Below are positions 1-12,659 of a DNA stretch of 64,000 bases, one piece after another (positions within the stretch are counted from its first letter, which is position 1; each line of letters starts with the position of its first letter). The DNA is from Schizochytrium sp. TIO01 (Eukaryota; Protista; Bigyra: Labyrinthulomycetes), in the NCBI GenBank assembly GCA_004764695.1, contig SMSO01000035.1, positions 2,790,001 through 2,854,000 of the forward strand, written 5' to 3'. The position numbers were made by a program, and so were the translations under genes. The notes beneath the pieces were generated by a model, which worked only from the letters and a program-made list of their open reading frames with translations, made no database searches and had not been told where the DNA came from.

Positions 1-2
1 GC

Positions 3-3000
3 AAACTCACAGGAAGACGTTTCCATCCTAACCCTGTCTTCGATGATTGCAAAAACAGCACAGAAAACTTAGGTCGGGAGCTGTCAAACCGTGAGGAAGC
101 TCGTGTAACCTGGGAACGAGAACCTGAAAACCAATACGATCGTCAAGCAATTCTTGTCCGCAACTCTCTAGGACAGGATGTTGGGTACCTGGAACGTGTC
201 GATAGCTCTCCATTATCGACTCTCATTGACGTTGGAGAAGTTATTATCGAGCATGTGGTAGTTCTTCGACCAGATAATCTTGAGAGCAAAGTATATCCTA
301 TGCTAGCTGTTCTTCGATTCCGCACGCCCCGTGCAACGAATCTTGCTGCAGAGGTACTGGGTAAGCCAATAAAAGCTGGTTCGAACGGTGTGAAGAGGAT
401 CAAGAGTCTAAAGGTTGGTAAGACTAATGAAAGCACTGTTTTGGCCAAGGCTGTCAAGGAATCACGTCCAAGTGGTATCAAGATGATGGGGTTCTCGTCA
501 GCTCGGAACTTAGCACAGGCTAACATTCGGGAACAATTTCTCGCGCCACGATGCGAAGAGGCTGTCAGGAAACTTGCGGAGGCTATTTGCGCTCGGCCAC
601 CAAAGAAATATTTCAAAGATCTAGTGAACAAGCAACCCGCATCGCAAATGCGACAAAAACAACAGCTTGGTCAAATGACTTTATTTGGTCCAAGTGTCAT
701 ATCAGCTGAACCTGCTCGAGTTCTAGCTGACGGACGCTCGTGGTTAGCCATGGCTCCGGATAACATTTTGTTTTGTCTCTTTGACAGCGCGGTATTCGAT
801 TTTGTGGACGTTTGGGCACGTTTACGATGCGTGTGCCGGAGCTGGCGGGATGTAATTGAAGCACCCTCTTTTATGCAATTTCGCAAAGAATACTGGAGAA
901 TGATCAAAATTCACCGCAGCGATCCATTCAGGCTGCCTCCCCTTGCTTTGCACATAAGGTCATCCAAGGTACCACAGTTACTTCTTATTGAGGACTTGTC
1001 TGCGTTTGCTTGTGCTATTCAGGAACACTGTTCATGGCTGACCCTGGACCGAGCTTTGACGTTAGCTGAAACTTCTACAGCGAGTGAGCCAAGCGCAGAA
1101 GATGGTTGGAGTCGATTCATTGATGAAAGAAGGGGCAGTCCAGCACAGCGAGGCGAACTTGTGCTGTGGCCCATACTTTTGGGTGGTCAGATCATACGTC
1201 GCAATATGCTACAGGCCCTTCTCCCTAGTTCTTGGCGCCAAGGCTACCGAGGACCCCGCACGGAGCTGGTGTATTTAGTCGTGCGGATTCTTCGCACGGC
1301 AGCCTGGGCAGGCTCTTCTGGCAAGTGGGCTTCTGTGTTGAGTGATGTTGAGCATGGGCTATTTTTAAGAGAGCGAGCACCTGGCCTTGTGGTGGCAGCC
1401 CCTGTACAAAGCTTCATTCGAAGCGCAAATCCGTCCAAATCTCGGTGTCCTACTGTTGAACAACTTGCTATAGTGCAAACAAATCTTAAGGCAGGTGATG
1501 TAGTTGTCGTTCGTGCGCTCGCAGGAACCGGGAAAACAACTACCTTGGTCAACTATTCTCGTATGCGACCTCATATGAAATTCTTATATCTAGCTTTTAA
1601 TGTCAGTGTAGGTGAAGAAGCTCGCTCCCTGTTTCCTGAGAATGTAAAATGCACAAATCTTCACAAACTTTCTTACGCGCGTGTGGGAAGAAGATATAAG
1701 ATTGCTGAAGATGTTGATGTACGATCCATTCAACAAATTGATAAAGAGGGCGACCTAACGACGCATAAGATCTTTGTGGTACGAAGGGATACCCGATTAC
1801 GTTTGCCCAAAGAACGTTTGTACAAACTTATAAAAATGACTCTCAAGGATTTTTTGGGCTCAGCAGATACAACAATTGAAGCCATGCATGCACAAAAAAG
1901 TCTCGCATCCGTCGATGACGAAGATTGTGCAGAGTATAAGGATGACTCGCTCACTGAGACTGCCCTTCCCTTGGAGGATTTCCTGGTGAAACTAGCACGG
2001 AAATTATGGCAAGCGATGTGTAGTAAAGAATTACCCATGTCGTCGAATGGACACTTGAAGCTTTATCAGCTGGAACATGTCGACCTATCAACGAAGTTTG
2101 ACGTTATTATGTTAGACGAGGCTCAAGATTGTACACCTTGTGCACGGGATATCGTTATGCAACAGCGCAAATGTGCGCGAATCCTCATTGGTGATCCAAA
2201 TCAAGCAATTTATCAATTTATGGGAGCACAAGACGCACTTGATGTGAAGAAGCACTATCCATCAGAAAACATTCAAACATTCCTCCTGTCGAGATGCTTT
2301 CGGTTTGGTGCCGATGTGGCTGCTATTGCCAATGGTATATTGACCCACTGTGCTAAACAAACACACATTTTGCTTGGCGCGAAACCTAAAGAAACGCATA
2401 AGCCTGGACCTGCCGGGGTGCATTGGGAGCCGCAAGCAGACTTGGAGGATACAAGTTTATTTGCTAGCCGATATGAAGAAGACCAGAAACGTCCTGCAGA
2501 GGAGCGCAAGGGCACTGTTGCATTCATTTCTCGGAGCAATCGAGGCCTACTTGAACATGCATTTCAAATTGCCCATGAGGTGCCCAAGGCGCAATTTGGA
2601 ATTGTTGGCGGTCTTCAATCATCTCCTTTGGCGATGTTGGCTGATTTAGCTCGCCTCGCTTTGAAAAAGACGGGTGAAATTGAAAACCCATTTTTACGGC
2701 GCTTCACAAGTCTGCGCCAAGTTGAGACCTACGCAGCCCAAGCAAAGGAGTCTGATTTGAATAACCTTCTTACGTTGCTAGGTCGCATTGAACCTATTAC
2801 GGTCATGAATTTGTATTCGCGCCTGGAGAAGCAAATGATCCCTTGGAGAGATGCACGCTATGTATTATCTACGGTGCATAAGTCAAAAGGTCTCGAATTC
2901 GACAGTGTTTATTTACTGTCTGATTTCCAGAGTTTGGTATATGTTGATGACGCTACCCAGCGACTATCACTTGATCCCCATGTTGACGCTGCAGAAATTA

Positions 3001-3302
3001 ATCTCTTGTATGTGGCCGTGACTCGGGCAAAGCAAGAATTAGTTATCAATCGTACTCTACGAGATATTCAAGCAGCGAAACCTTATTTATTTGGTCCAAG
3101 GTTGTACTCTGCAAGTCGTAACGATCTGTATCCTGCAAAGTGTCGTGATTGCAATGCGGAGGTAGCCAAACTTGATCAGGGCCGGCTTGTGTTGGGCTTT
3201 GAACTTCAACACGTTATATTAAACAAAGTCGAGGACTATTTCTTCTGCCTTGATTGTGCCAACCTAAAGAACTACATGGGTGTGCATATCAATAAACAAT
3301 AG
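3..3302 (+). CDS. FBH1: HIRAN-domain / F-box / UvrD-like SF1 DNA helicase (FBH1/FBXO18-like), 5'-truncated by the window edge
   Basis: The frame of ORF 255..3302 is open back to base 3: KLTGRRFHP...VTWEREPENQYDRQAILVRNSLGQDVGYLERVDSSPLSTLID, a HIRAN-like signature. F-box-like MAPDNILFCLF...RLRCVCRSWRDVI. SF1A motifs ALAGTGKTT, YLAFN, MLDEAQD, IGDPNQAIYQFMGA, LSRCFRFG, STVHKSKGLEFDSV, NLLYVAVTRAK. C-terminal CRDC...CLDC. Confidence 0.85.
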   Translation, partial: KLTGRRFHPNPVFDDCKNSTENLGRELSNREEARVTWEREPENQYDRQAILVRNSLGQDVGYLERVDSSPLSTLIDVGEVIIEHVVVLRPDNLESKVYPMLAVLRFRTPRATNLAAEVLGKPIKAGSNGVKRIKSLKVGKTNESTVLAKAVKESRPSGIKMMGFSSARNLAQANIREQFLAPRCEEAVRKLAEAICARPPKKYFKDLVNKQPASQMRQKQQLGQMTLFGPSVISAEPARVLADGRSWLAMAPDNILFCLFDSAVFDFVDVWARLRCVCRSWRDVIEAPSFMQFRKEYWRMIKIHRSDPFRLPPLALHIRSSKVPQLLLIEDLSAFACAIQEHCSWLTLDRALTLAETSTASEPSAEDGWSRFIDERRGSPAQRGELVLWPILLGGQIIRRNMLQALLPSSWRQGYRGPRTELVYLVVRILRTAAWAGSSGKWASVLSDVEHGLFLRERAPGLVVAAPVQSFIRSANPSKSRCPTVEQLAIVQTNLKAGDVVVVRALAGTGKTTTLVNYSRMRPHMKFLYLAFNVSVGEEARSLFPENVKCTNLHKLSYARVGRRYKIAEDVDVRSIQQIDKEGDLTTHKIFVVRRDTRLRLPKERLYKLIKMTLKDFLGSADTTIEAMHAQKSLASVDDEDCAEYKDDSLTETALPLEDFLVKLARKLWQAMCSKELPMSSNGHLKLYQLEHVDLSTKFDVIMLDEAQDCTPCARDIVMQQRKCARILIGDPNQAIYQFMGAQDALDVKKHYPSENIQTFLLSRCFRFGADVAAIANGILTHCAKQTHILLGAKPKETHKPGPAGVHWEPQADLEDTSLFASRYEEDQKRPAEERKGTVAFISRSNRGLLEHAFQIAHEVPKAQFGIVGGLQSSPLAMLADLARLALKKTGEIENPFLRRFTSLRQVETYAAQAKESDLNNLLTLLGRIEPITVMNLYSRLEKQMIPWRDARYVLSTVHKSKGLEFDSVYLLSDFQSLVYVDDATQRLSLDPHVDAAEINLLYVAVTRAKQELVINRTLRDIQAAKPYLFGPRLYSASRNDLYPAKCRDCNAEVAKLDQGRLVLGFELQHVILNKVEDYFFCLDCANLKNYMGVHINKQ

Positions 3303-3877
3303 AAGCTACATGAAGTCTCAGGCAAATAAATGACACCTAATTAAATGTACCTAATGGCCATGACATTAAAGTACAGTGGAGCTCTTGAGCTGGTCTATCT
3401 GTTACAATTTATGAGGGCGCTAAAGATTACAATACTAATGATAAGTCATGTTATAAACATTTTACAACAAAATTGTCTTGTGTGGTGGAGGGGCTCGGTT
3501 CGACATTCATCTACAATGAGTATCAAAGAGACACATGCAATTGTGTAAACTTATACAAAGGTCCTTGGCTTCCTAATTTATTTAAATCAAAAAATGTTAA
3601 TCGAGTCCTTGCAGGCACAATAACTAGGAGCAATAATCGTAAGAGAAGCGCGTAGAATGGATCACGCTACATATCGCAATTCAGGACCATCTTCCCCTAC
3701 CCATTCCTACAGAAGTCATTCTACGCAGGCGCGAGCTCATAAGCTTAATACCATTTAACATGAGAGGCATGGCTCCCGCCTAGGTACCGAGAGTATAAAC
3801 TGGTGTTTCTAAAGCGGTGCCAAAGTGAAGAGGTACTACATTTACTCGAACTTGTGCCCTTCTGGTACTAGATATCA

Positions 3878-4915
3878 TTATTGTTGCTGCTGCTGCTGAT
3901 GAGCTGTCCATACAGAAAAGTATACAGGATTGATGCGCATTTGCCTTTCAAGTTTCTTATGGTAGGTTGTGGGTCCGCTGGTAGGTCGCCATCGCTCGTC
4001 AAACAGTTGCGGCCTGGAGCTCGTCACGTAAGGGTGGCGTGGGTCAGAAAACATAACCAAGCGGCCGACGACACGGCGGTTGTAATTCTGATTTAGTGGT
4101 GTTCCTAGCAGCTCGCAGAAGGAGTTTTTGTCCCTCCAAACATTACCTTCAGGGGTGTCATAGATCTTGCGCGTGAAATTCCATGCATTGTGGTCTGGCT
4201 TATCCTTGAGCAAGCGTTCGATGGAGGTCTGTTGTGTCTCGTCGTCGAGTCTTTGCTCACGACGTTTGGACAGATGGGGGCAGTAAACCCAGCTTCGGTA
4301 TGTCCACCCAGGCTCGCGGTCCACAGAGTCCGTGAAACCGCTAAAAAGTGGCACAGATCCACTCCAGCGCTCAAGCTTTCGTCGCTTTTCGCTACCGTTC
4401 TGATCGCGGGCGCTTGAGGAGTGTGCGTCCTCGTCATCCTCATCCTCATCGTGTCTAATAAATTGTAGGTTATTTTGGCTTTGAGTTTGGTTTTGAGCCT
4501 GGCTCTGATTTACATTTTGAGTTTGGTTTGGGTGTGGGATTTGATTTGAAGTATGTAAGAGCGAAGAAGCATGAATGTGCATGTTATCCTGGGCGAGAGG
4601 GGCAAGGTTTGTGTTATGCAGGGATGGTGCTGAAAGGCCTTGCGAGGTGTAGTGCGTCGTCTGTTCGACGTCTGAGTTGCTGGTGCGGCTGCGGAAAAGC
4701 GCCTGCGAGGGCTCATCCTCTTCGCGGCGTCGCTTGCGGTCGGTAGAGTCAGAAGTTGATGCTGTGGAAGAGGGCGCATCGCGCTTCCAGCCAGCGTAGG
4801 CCGCCTGTAGCCAGGACCACGCAGCAGGCCTGCTCGCCACGGCGCTCATCGTTTCTGGAGGCTCTGGTAGCGCTAGTGCCGGAGGAGCTATCGATGGCGA
4901 GACCACGTTTGGCAA
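3878..4915 (-). CDS. Hypothetical protein, low-complexity/disordered N-half (Q/N-rich, acidic run, basic NLS-like RKRRR and KRRK)
   Basis: 345-codon GC-rich ORF. The listed start is a non-ATG codon; the first in-frame ATG is about 22 codons in (MSAVASRP). No family recognised. Confidence 0.6.
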   Translation of the reverse strand: MPNVVSPSIAPPALALPEPPETMSAVASRPAAWSWLQAAYAGWKRDAPSSTASTSDSTDRKRRREEDEPSQALFRSRTSNSDVEQTTHYTSQGLSAPSLHNTNLAPLAQDNMHIHASSLLHTSNQIPHPNQTQNVNQSQAQNQTQSQNNLQFIRHDEDEDDEDAHSSSARDQNGSEKRRKLERWSGSVPLFSGFTDSVDREPGWTYRSWVYCPHLSKRREQRLDDETQQTSIERLLKDKPDHNAWNFTRKIYDTPEGNVWRDKNSFCELLGTPLNQNYNRRVVGRLVMFSDPRHPYVTSSRPQLFDERWRPTSGPTTYHKKLERQMRINPVYFSVWTAHQQQQQQ

Positions 4916-7900
4916 TTTGCTGTTCCTGTCGAGACACTCTTAATAGCTGATTGAGTACTAGAACTAACTAAATAACTAGCTATTAAGCATTCCTACGTTC
5001 TATTTCTTGAACAACCAATTATGCATTACCTTGAAGTTCGTAGCACTTTTTTCTAATTAAATTTTTTTGTGATGAGAATAGTCTACGTACCAATAATCTC
5101 ATTTGTAAGGGCCTCTAGGTACTATTACCTGAGGCCCTACGTCATGGTGTTAGCACTCACTCACTCACTCTCTCTCTCTCTCGCTTGCTTATTCACTCAC
5201 TCAATCTCTCTCGCTTGCTTATTCACGCACTCGACACAATTAATGGGATTATTCTTTGGAGCGGCACTCTCAGAAGGCCTTCTGATGACCACTTTTAGCC
5301 AATGGAAAAGTAGGGCGAATGCAGAGGTAGGTAGTACTACTAGTAGCACTTAAATTTACTCTCTATTTTTATTTTTTTATTTTCCTATGGCATTGAAATC
5401 CATGGGGTTGTTTGGGCACGGACAGCGAAGTTCAAATGCATACGTGATGTAGAACCAAAGAGGGGACTGGTTCGAAGGTTTAATCTAAGTTGATCCTTTT
5501 GCCCGAATTAAAAGCTTATACCTATTGACCACTGAGAATGCGTGGGTGGATATTCTTCTGATTTTGAGATAAATTCGAGAAGTCAGGAGATGCAACACTC
5601 TACGTAGTCATGAAGTGCCTTGTACTACCTTCTCAAAATAGTCATGTCTGCACAAGTTTGTTTATCAAGTATGAGCGGTTGACTTTTGCCGTTGTAAAAG
5701 AGCCATCCAGGGCTACTGCTAACAGTATGCGCCAGTTGGAAAATCTAGGCTACTTCAATTAGTTGTATCTCACCTAGGATAATAACTTGGTTCGTTTTGC
5801 CCCTTTGCTATAAAACATGATGAGTAATTCGACGTTGAGCTTCCAGAGGGGAGCTAACGAAATGGTGGGAAATCGTACAGTATTCTTGCGCGGTATTTCA
5901 GCACTCAGTAAAAGCAGCAAAGCATACAAGGTACAATTCTGATAGAGTCGAACGTATTCATTAAGGTGTCTTTCCAGAGTAGTTTAATGATTGTGCAGTC
6001 TCTAACACCCAGTTGAAGCTCAACAGATGAGCGAACCCCCAGGTGCACAGGTCTGTAGCTACAAGAATACCTTGAGTAGAATATGTTCAATCCCAAGCCT
6101 AGATAATGAAATGTGATCATGATTGCTTAGAGGTGACCGAGGGCATGTCTGAGATTGTATGTGTTACTTAGTACTTAAAATAGGGTGGTTACTTGTTTTA
6201 TTGAATGTTCTTGAGCTATTTCAAGTTATATGAGTCGATTCAGCTCGTTGCAGATCTAGACACAGGATCTGGACACAGGACAGGAAGAATGTATTATTTT
6301 GAGCTGTTGGAATGGTGACTAGGTAGAGCATCGATTAGGCAAGGCTATGCACTTAGCTGAATGTCTGGTGCTTTGAAAATATCGCTGAAGTGCTCCTTTG
6401 AATCTTTTAAAGTCATGTCGTAATGTTGTTCCTATTTTATTTCTCGGTAATCTGGCTGTCAAGCTCTAAACCTACATAAGTCCTTATTCTTTGAAGCCTT
6501 TCAGTAATACGGTAGGAACCCCAGCAACGTCTTGTTCACATGTTGATTCGATTGGATATTTTAGCACTCCCCCACACAATTGCTTTCTCGAGCGCAAAAT
6601 GTTGACTTCTCAAACAGTGTTTAACAAGACGAGTTATCGTGTGTTCCCTAACGTCTAGTAACAATCTTGGGTTTTACCCAAACGAAGGACTAGCGTCTGA
6701 CTAGTGAGAGCGAGGTAAGATGACAGGAAGAAAGCTTAACTGCTACAATATGCAACGCCGACCCCCCTTCATGGTAATCGAGATCGCGTCAGGAGGTGAG
6801 GTAGGTCATCTGAGCTCTTCAGAAGAAAAATATTCACTTTAGTCAATATATTGAAGAGGAAATTACTTGCCCTTGCCACAGAGTCGGGGGGTTAAAAATA
6901 AAATGTATTGGCGTTTTTAAAGAGCCTATACATTTTCAACCATGTAAGCATTTCCGTTTTCTGGAATCCTATGAAATAAGTTCTTTTTTGTATCCAAATA
7001 GGATATGATTAAACTTTGCTCAATCTGACTTTAATGAACGGTTTACTCCACTCCAATAGCCTACCAGCTCACGGTACTGGAGCAATTGTTATGCCTCGAA
7101 CAGTCTCAGGTGAACGTCTTTTTCGAATAGAAAGACCCGATGGGAGACGCAAACACATGACGAATGCTGTATTCAAGCGTGCCAGGACATATCCGAGAGA
7201 CACTAGGTTATACCTATTTAAATTTTTATTTTGAGATTCAAAAAATATACTTCAGAAATGCACGAAAACCAAAGAGTTTGAGAATGGGCAAATTCCCGGC
7301 CATCCATTGACAAAGTTGATTCAATGGCCGGCCCAACCAAGTTCACCTTGAGATAATTTGTTTGTCGGTGTCTTGGTGGTAGAAAAGTCAAGCAGAGACC
7401 TTCAGGCATGCTACTCAAGTTGAACAGGTAGCTAGCACATAGGATATACCAGAGTTTGGCTCTTACTTACTTGCCTCTTTATACTGATGGATTATATTTT
7501 AAGCTCTGTAAGCCATTCAGAATGAATATCCAGGAGTAAAGGGTCAACTAATTGATACTTTGATTGAATTCATTACGCGTGCAAGAACTATTTATTTAAC
7601 AGATAACAATAGGGAGCGATAGACAAGCGTTATTATCGGTTTTTTATATATAAGAGGTCAATGTATGTAGGTTGAATATTTCTGACATTCTATTGTACAG
7701 TTATAGAGTCATTTTATAGCATATTATCTACAAACAAAAGTAATGTCAGACTTCGATGTGCACCATCTACTGCTCTGATGCAAATTTTTATTGTTGGAAA
7801 AGTCTAATTTGTCAGCTTCTACAGATTTAAGCAAACCCGAATTTTGTGTATAATTCTTAACCTTATAAATTTCTTCGATATATAGTTTAAAAAAATTAAA

Positions 7901-9144
7901 CTTTTAGCTCTGGACTAGCTACTCACTTCAATACTCGTTATGCTTTCTGAATTTTCATGATAGAGTATGTTTTCAACGTTTAATCGTGAGGTAACATCAG
8001 TTTGAATTCGAACCAGACTGTAATAGTTACAATTTATATGCTATCAAAGGGCCCTATCGCTAGACGAAAATCCTAGTAGAGAATTATAAGCTCATTTTTA
8101 TGACTTGTAGTACTTGTTTATTTGAAGGGCCACATATTTGTGGTCTTTTAGTTCAATACATGATTTGTACCTTGCAGAATGAAGTTTCAAAACTTACATA
8201 CGGGATTATTATCCAGTAAAATTTATCTCTAAAGTAACACCATACGGTGTCAACAGTCTGAATAACAACTAGATACAGACTCCAAGATCTTTGGCTACGG
8301 TAAAAAGACCGTCAAAGTAGATTTTGCAAGTAGCGCAGCGGCCAAAATCTTTTTTTATATTACAAATTCACTCGAATATAAGCAGACAAATGCGAACAAG
8401 AAATTCAAGCGATACCGGCAGTGTATTCAATCCATTTTCAGAATGATTTGCGACACTCACACTTGTGAGGTTCACGTATATGCTTCGAAATCTGATCCGC
8501 AACTTGTTGTGATATGGTGCATACCAAACAAGCTAAATAATGTGTTGTTTTGGATGCAGCAAACTTCTAATAAATTATCATGACAACTTATGAACTAAAG
8601 TTATTTGTGAATGTTTCGCAGATAGACAGCTACCTGTTCGATTTCATTGAAGGTTGAATCTACTACAGCGTGATGATTTTATTCTATAGCTAGGTCGGTT
8701 TTCCTTCTTTTTTATTTATTTAAATTAAATTAGTACGATGATGATCTTTCTCCGAGACGGCCCGCTTAACTTGATGAGGAAACGCAGGGTGGGTGTGCTT
8801 CGAAGTTGCTTATAATCACTGCGCTCGACGAAGCAACGATGTGAAAGTCGACTCGGCGTTAAGCAAGACTGCCTCTGGGAGAGTATATAGAGAGCGGCGT
8901 ATAAAAACTTAATTTTAAAACTGAATCATCATCACCAAAACCTTAGCGTGCTGGGCAGTACGTCCAATGTTACCAGTATTACTTAGTAGAAGATAGTCTT
9001 CAATAGCTAATTAGGCTCGACCAGTAAGTACACAGTAATTCCCAACTAGCAGTTTCCTTTTCCCTCAAAAAGAGTTACTTGGCATATTACAAGGGTTTTA
9101 TAAAGAAGTACAGACTTGTAAACAGCATACAAGAAAACCTAAGT

Positions 9145-9216
9145 TCCGACTTAGCTCAGTGGCAGAGCGTTTGACTTTTAATCAAATGGTCGTGAGTTCG
9201 ATCCTCACAGCCGGAA
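9145..9216 (+). tRNA. tRNA-Lys(TTT)
   Basis: Acceptor TCCGACT/AGCCGGA with one mismatch, D arm TAGCTCAGTGGCAGAGC, anticodon arm TTTGA-CTTTTAA-TCAAA, T loop TTCGATC, followed by a T-run terminator. Confidence 0.93.
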
Positions 9217-10659
9217 TTTCTTTTTTATGTTTATTTTAAATTATAATGTTTTTTCAAATAAAGTTAAAGGCGTGTTTTTAATAAAAATAAAATAAATAAT
9301 AATACTTTTAATTATTTTGAATACAAGAAATAAAAATAGTCTATATACTCAACGGACCTTTCCTGAGCATTCTCGCATCAAATAGTATTTGTTTCTTGCT
9401 TGGCTTATTCTTCATCACGAGTAGTAACGTTTACTGTTCAAACGCAGATAGAATTGAAGCTCTTGGCGGCATATAGACCAGTAGGGAGTGAATAAAAGAG
9501 AGTTTATGATTTAAGAATACTTCAAACTAAATTCTCTGTGGTAGCCAAAAATTGACCAAACTCAGCAAAAGGGAGAATTGCGTCAAAATGAAAGACTTTA
9601 TACGGGCTCACATACTGTGCCAATGCATCACGCACTACTTTGGGGCAGGAAGAGGCTAGTCATTTCGAATACAGAAATTAAAACTGCTAGCAAATCGAGC
9701 ACACACAAGTCCTATGAAATTTCTCTGTGAGCTAATATCTTCCTTTATAGCTCAAATTCGAAATAGAATTTGAGAGATCTACTTACGCTATTCTTGCGGA
9801 AATGTTTTATAAGCATGGCCTCGCACTGTTTTCTGAATCCATGTTAGATTCACAAACTTCGAATTACGTGAACATTTGCTTGCATACCTTTTGCAGTTTT
9901 TGGCTGTAGGATATTTACATTTTCCCGCCTTTGGGAATCACGTTTATTACAGCAGAGTTGTCCATCCGTAGTTTTACATTCCATTCCATTCAGAGTTTAT
10001 GCATGAAATTAGATTTCTTTGGCTATTGTGTACAGACTCTACGAGGTGTATGTAGGATCTAGACCAAATTGTATGTATAATTCGATAATTTGTTCTTCAA
10101 ATAATATTGCATGTTAAGAATTAGAATACAGAACGGAAGCTTCTCATCGGTATATAATATTGTAAAAGCATCCATATTGAACACTGAAGGTTAAAGAGCA
10201 CGAGTGCGTGACGCGGCTCAAGGACCATCAAGATATTTAGCAAAAAGAAAAGAAGGTTTGTTGTATAATTGGAGTCCTTTGGATAGGATATCTACTGACA
10301 ATTAATTTATTTTGTTCCTGGCAATTCATCATGTTCTCCTCGTTTGACATAGTCTTACTTAAAATTATAGTTCACACTTTAAAGTGGATTTACTTCTCGC
10401 TCCCTGATAGGGGTGGGGTGGTGTTGGGAGGCCACAGAGCAATTCTTCACCAACTGCCCTGAGTTGTGTATTCTCAAACTCTTGCACGCTGAACCCTAAC
10501 GAAGATAGTTTCTAAATATGAAAGCTCTCTACATGAGGTCCCACGGCCAATTGCTTTCGGACCTGTGCCCATTTCTATTGACCAAGTTATTCAACGAAGA
10601 AATTCTCCACTTTCAAAAGGAGGAGTTTCCATTTTACAAAGCTGGCTTACTTTAATACC

Positions 10660-11830
10660 AGCTAGCCACTCCATTCTTCTCTATGACCTTTTAAAGTAGC
10701 AACCAGTCGCAAGCAACATCTAAGACTTTCCAACAATTGCATATTGTCTAGACCAATGGGGCCAATCAACATCATATGTAGTTGTCCGTCTTGAGTTGGG
10801 ACGCTTTCGAGGTAATGAATGAAAATAACGGAACAACTTAAAGAGGAAGAAAAAAAGTGAAAATTAAGAAGTGAAGTTTTGCCTTGACTGCAAAGGTGTG
10901 TGATATAGCTCATTGTTTTTGAACCGTCATGACCCTTGGTAATATGTTGAATCCGTCTGAGTCTAACAACTTGATTTATCAATGGTCACCCTCCTAGGTT
11001 TCAATTCCAGCCTTTTTGCAGTTAGAGGCCGTGCGGGCGAAGAATGGCGCAAGTTGAGCAGGCAGTCAAAATTGAATATAGTAAGACCATGCAATGATGA
11101 TTTACTGGCGCGGACAGACAATGTAGAACTGTTTAGAGTACCTCCGTATAGCCTTTTTTCAAAGACATAGCTGGTGCTAGCATCTACCTCATTCATACCT
11201 GTCATCATCTGGTCAGAAGAACTCTCCCGATTTAGAGGCCTACTATGAGGATTTCCAGAGCTACTGCATTGCTTGCCTTGCAGGAGTGACGCTTGTTTTC
11301 AATGATCTTCGTAAATGCAGTTTACTGGTTAAATAGGCGCTTGGTTTCGATTCAGGTTGATTGCTGTTGACCAAGCGGAACCTGGAAAAACTTAGCCTCC
11401 GCAGCGAAGTACCAAGAGCTTTAAGGATCATCATCGTTTTTTTGTTTTCTTTTTCCCATTCATCAACCAGCAAGTGCCACCAGATACTAGGTAGTAGGCA
11501 GTATCTGCTATATTTTGTTACTTTTATTTTAGACCATTCATCACTTTCGTTCATCCAGTTGCGAAGGATAGGATTGTCACTCTCTTCCTTCTTGTAAACT
11601 TGCAGATGCAAGAGTGATTCTCATTTGCGGTTGATGAACCGACTGAGCATTTCAGTCGCTTGCAATAGTCTTATGGGAGGTTGCTTATTGAAGATGAGAC
11701 AAAGCTTTCTGTCACGAGGCTCTTGATCGTGTAAGTGTAGTATTACGAGCATTTGTAGTGCGATGCCTATACTAGTCAGGCCTTGGCAACCTTGACGAGG
11801 CACCAAGACCCCCCTGTTGGTGAAAAGCAA
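10660..11830 (-). mobile_element. Possible decayed non-LTR retrotransposon (LINE-like) 3' remnant
   Basis: Chain of broken same-strand ORFs. LVPRQGCQGL resembles the L.LP..GG.GL motif after LINE RT domains, and THLCSQGKTSLLNFHFFSSSLSC resembles a degenerate C..C...H...C knuckle. No intact RT is seen. Confidence 0.3.
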
Positions 11831-12659
11831 GATAGATATGAAGATCCATGTTGCGAGGGTAGCCTTGGTGGGTGGGGTGGTCGCTCCTTCACTACCGTCA
11901 CCGCTGCATCCAGAGTTGAGTATTCCTCTTAGATATTAGGTGTGGAGGTTCAATGCTTGTTTCACCTCCTTGGGAAATCTACCTTAGTTGATTTCTCGAT
12001 CGTAGTACAGAAAGTGTAAGTGACTTGGATGTGGACACTACAGCTGTCTTCAGCTGCTCAGACTGGACAGCGCGGGAACTTGCAACTTGCAACAACAACA
12101 ACAACAACTACTACTACTACCAAGAACGGCACATACCATTACGTCAAACTATGTCCACGCGGAAGTTTTCATCAACATTGTTGTTTGATTTTCAAGTAAA
12201 TGTAGAGACTCGCCGGAGGACATGGTGGGTGCGGCGAGAAATCTGAGTTGATGCTGTAAGAAAGTCAATGGAAAGCGTCGAAGCATCCATCAACCGAGTA
12301 AATACAGTTTCTTGCTTCCTCAGCAGTGACAGAACGGTGTGAACAATAGAAGTAAGTACCTCTTGCATAGGTGAACAGCGCGGAAAAGAAAAAGAATACT
12401 ATTAAGTATATCATACTATTAACGAGTGTGTTCAAGAATAAAATATAATTTAAACTTTTAATAAAAATTAAATAAAAATTACTCCGAATCGCCAAGAGCG
12501 AGCCGCAGATTGACAATTTGTTGAATTCGGGTTCTGAGTGCCAGAAGCTCACTGCCCTCAAGCCAAACGACAACGGCGGACAAACTAAGACGGACTAGGC
12601 CGAGGAGGCACGTGTAGCTCAGCCGTCGGCCAAGGAGGAGTATCGAAAGCTATCAAATA

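Noticed and set aside
143-2649. Short ORFs overlapping the helicase gene
   Set aside because: Shadow ORFs of a long, motif-rich coding sequence.
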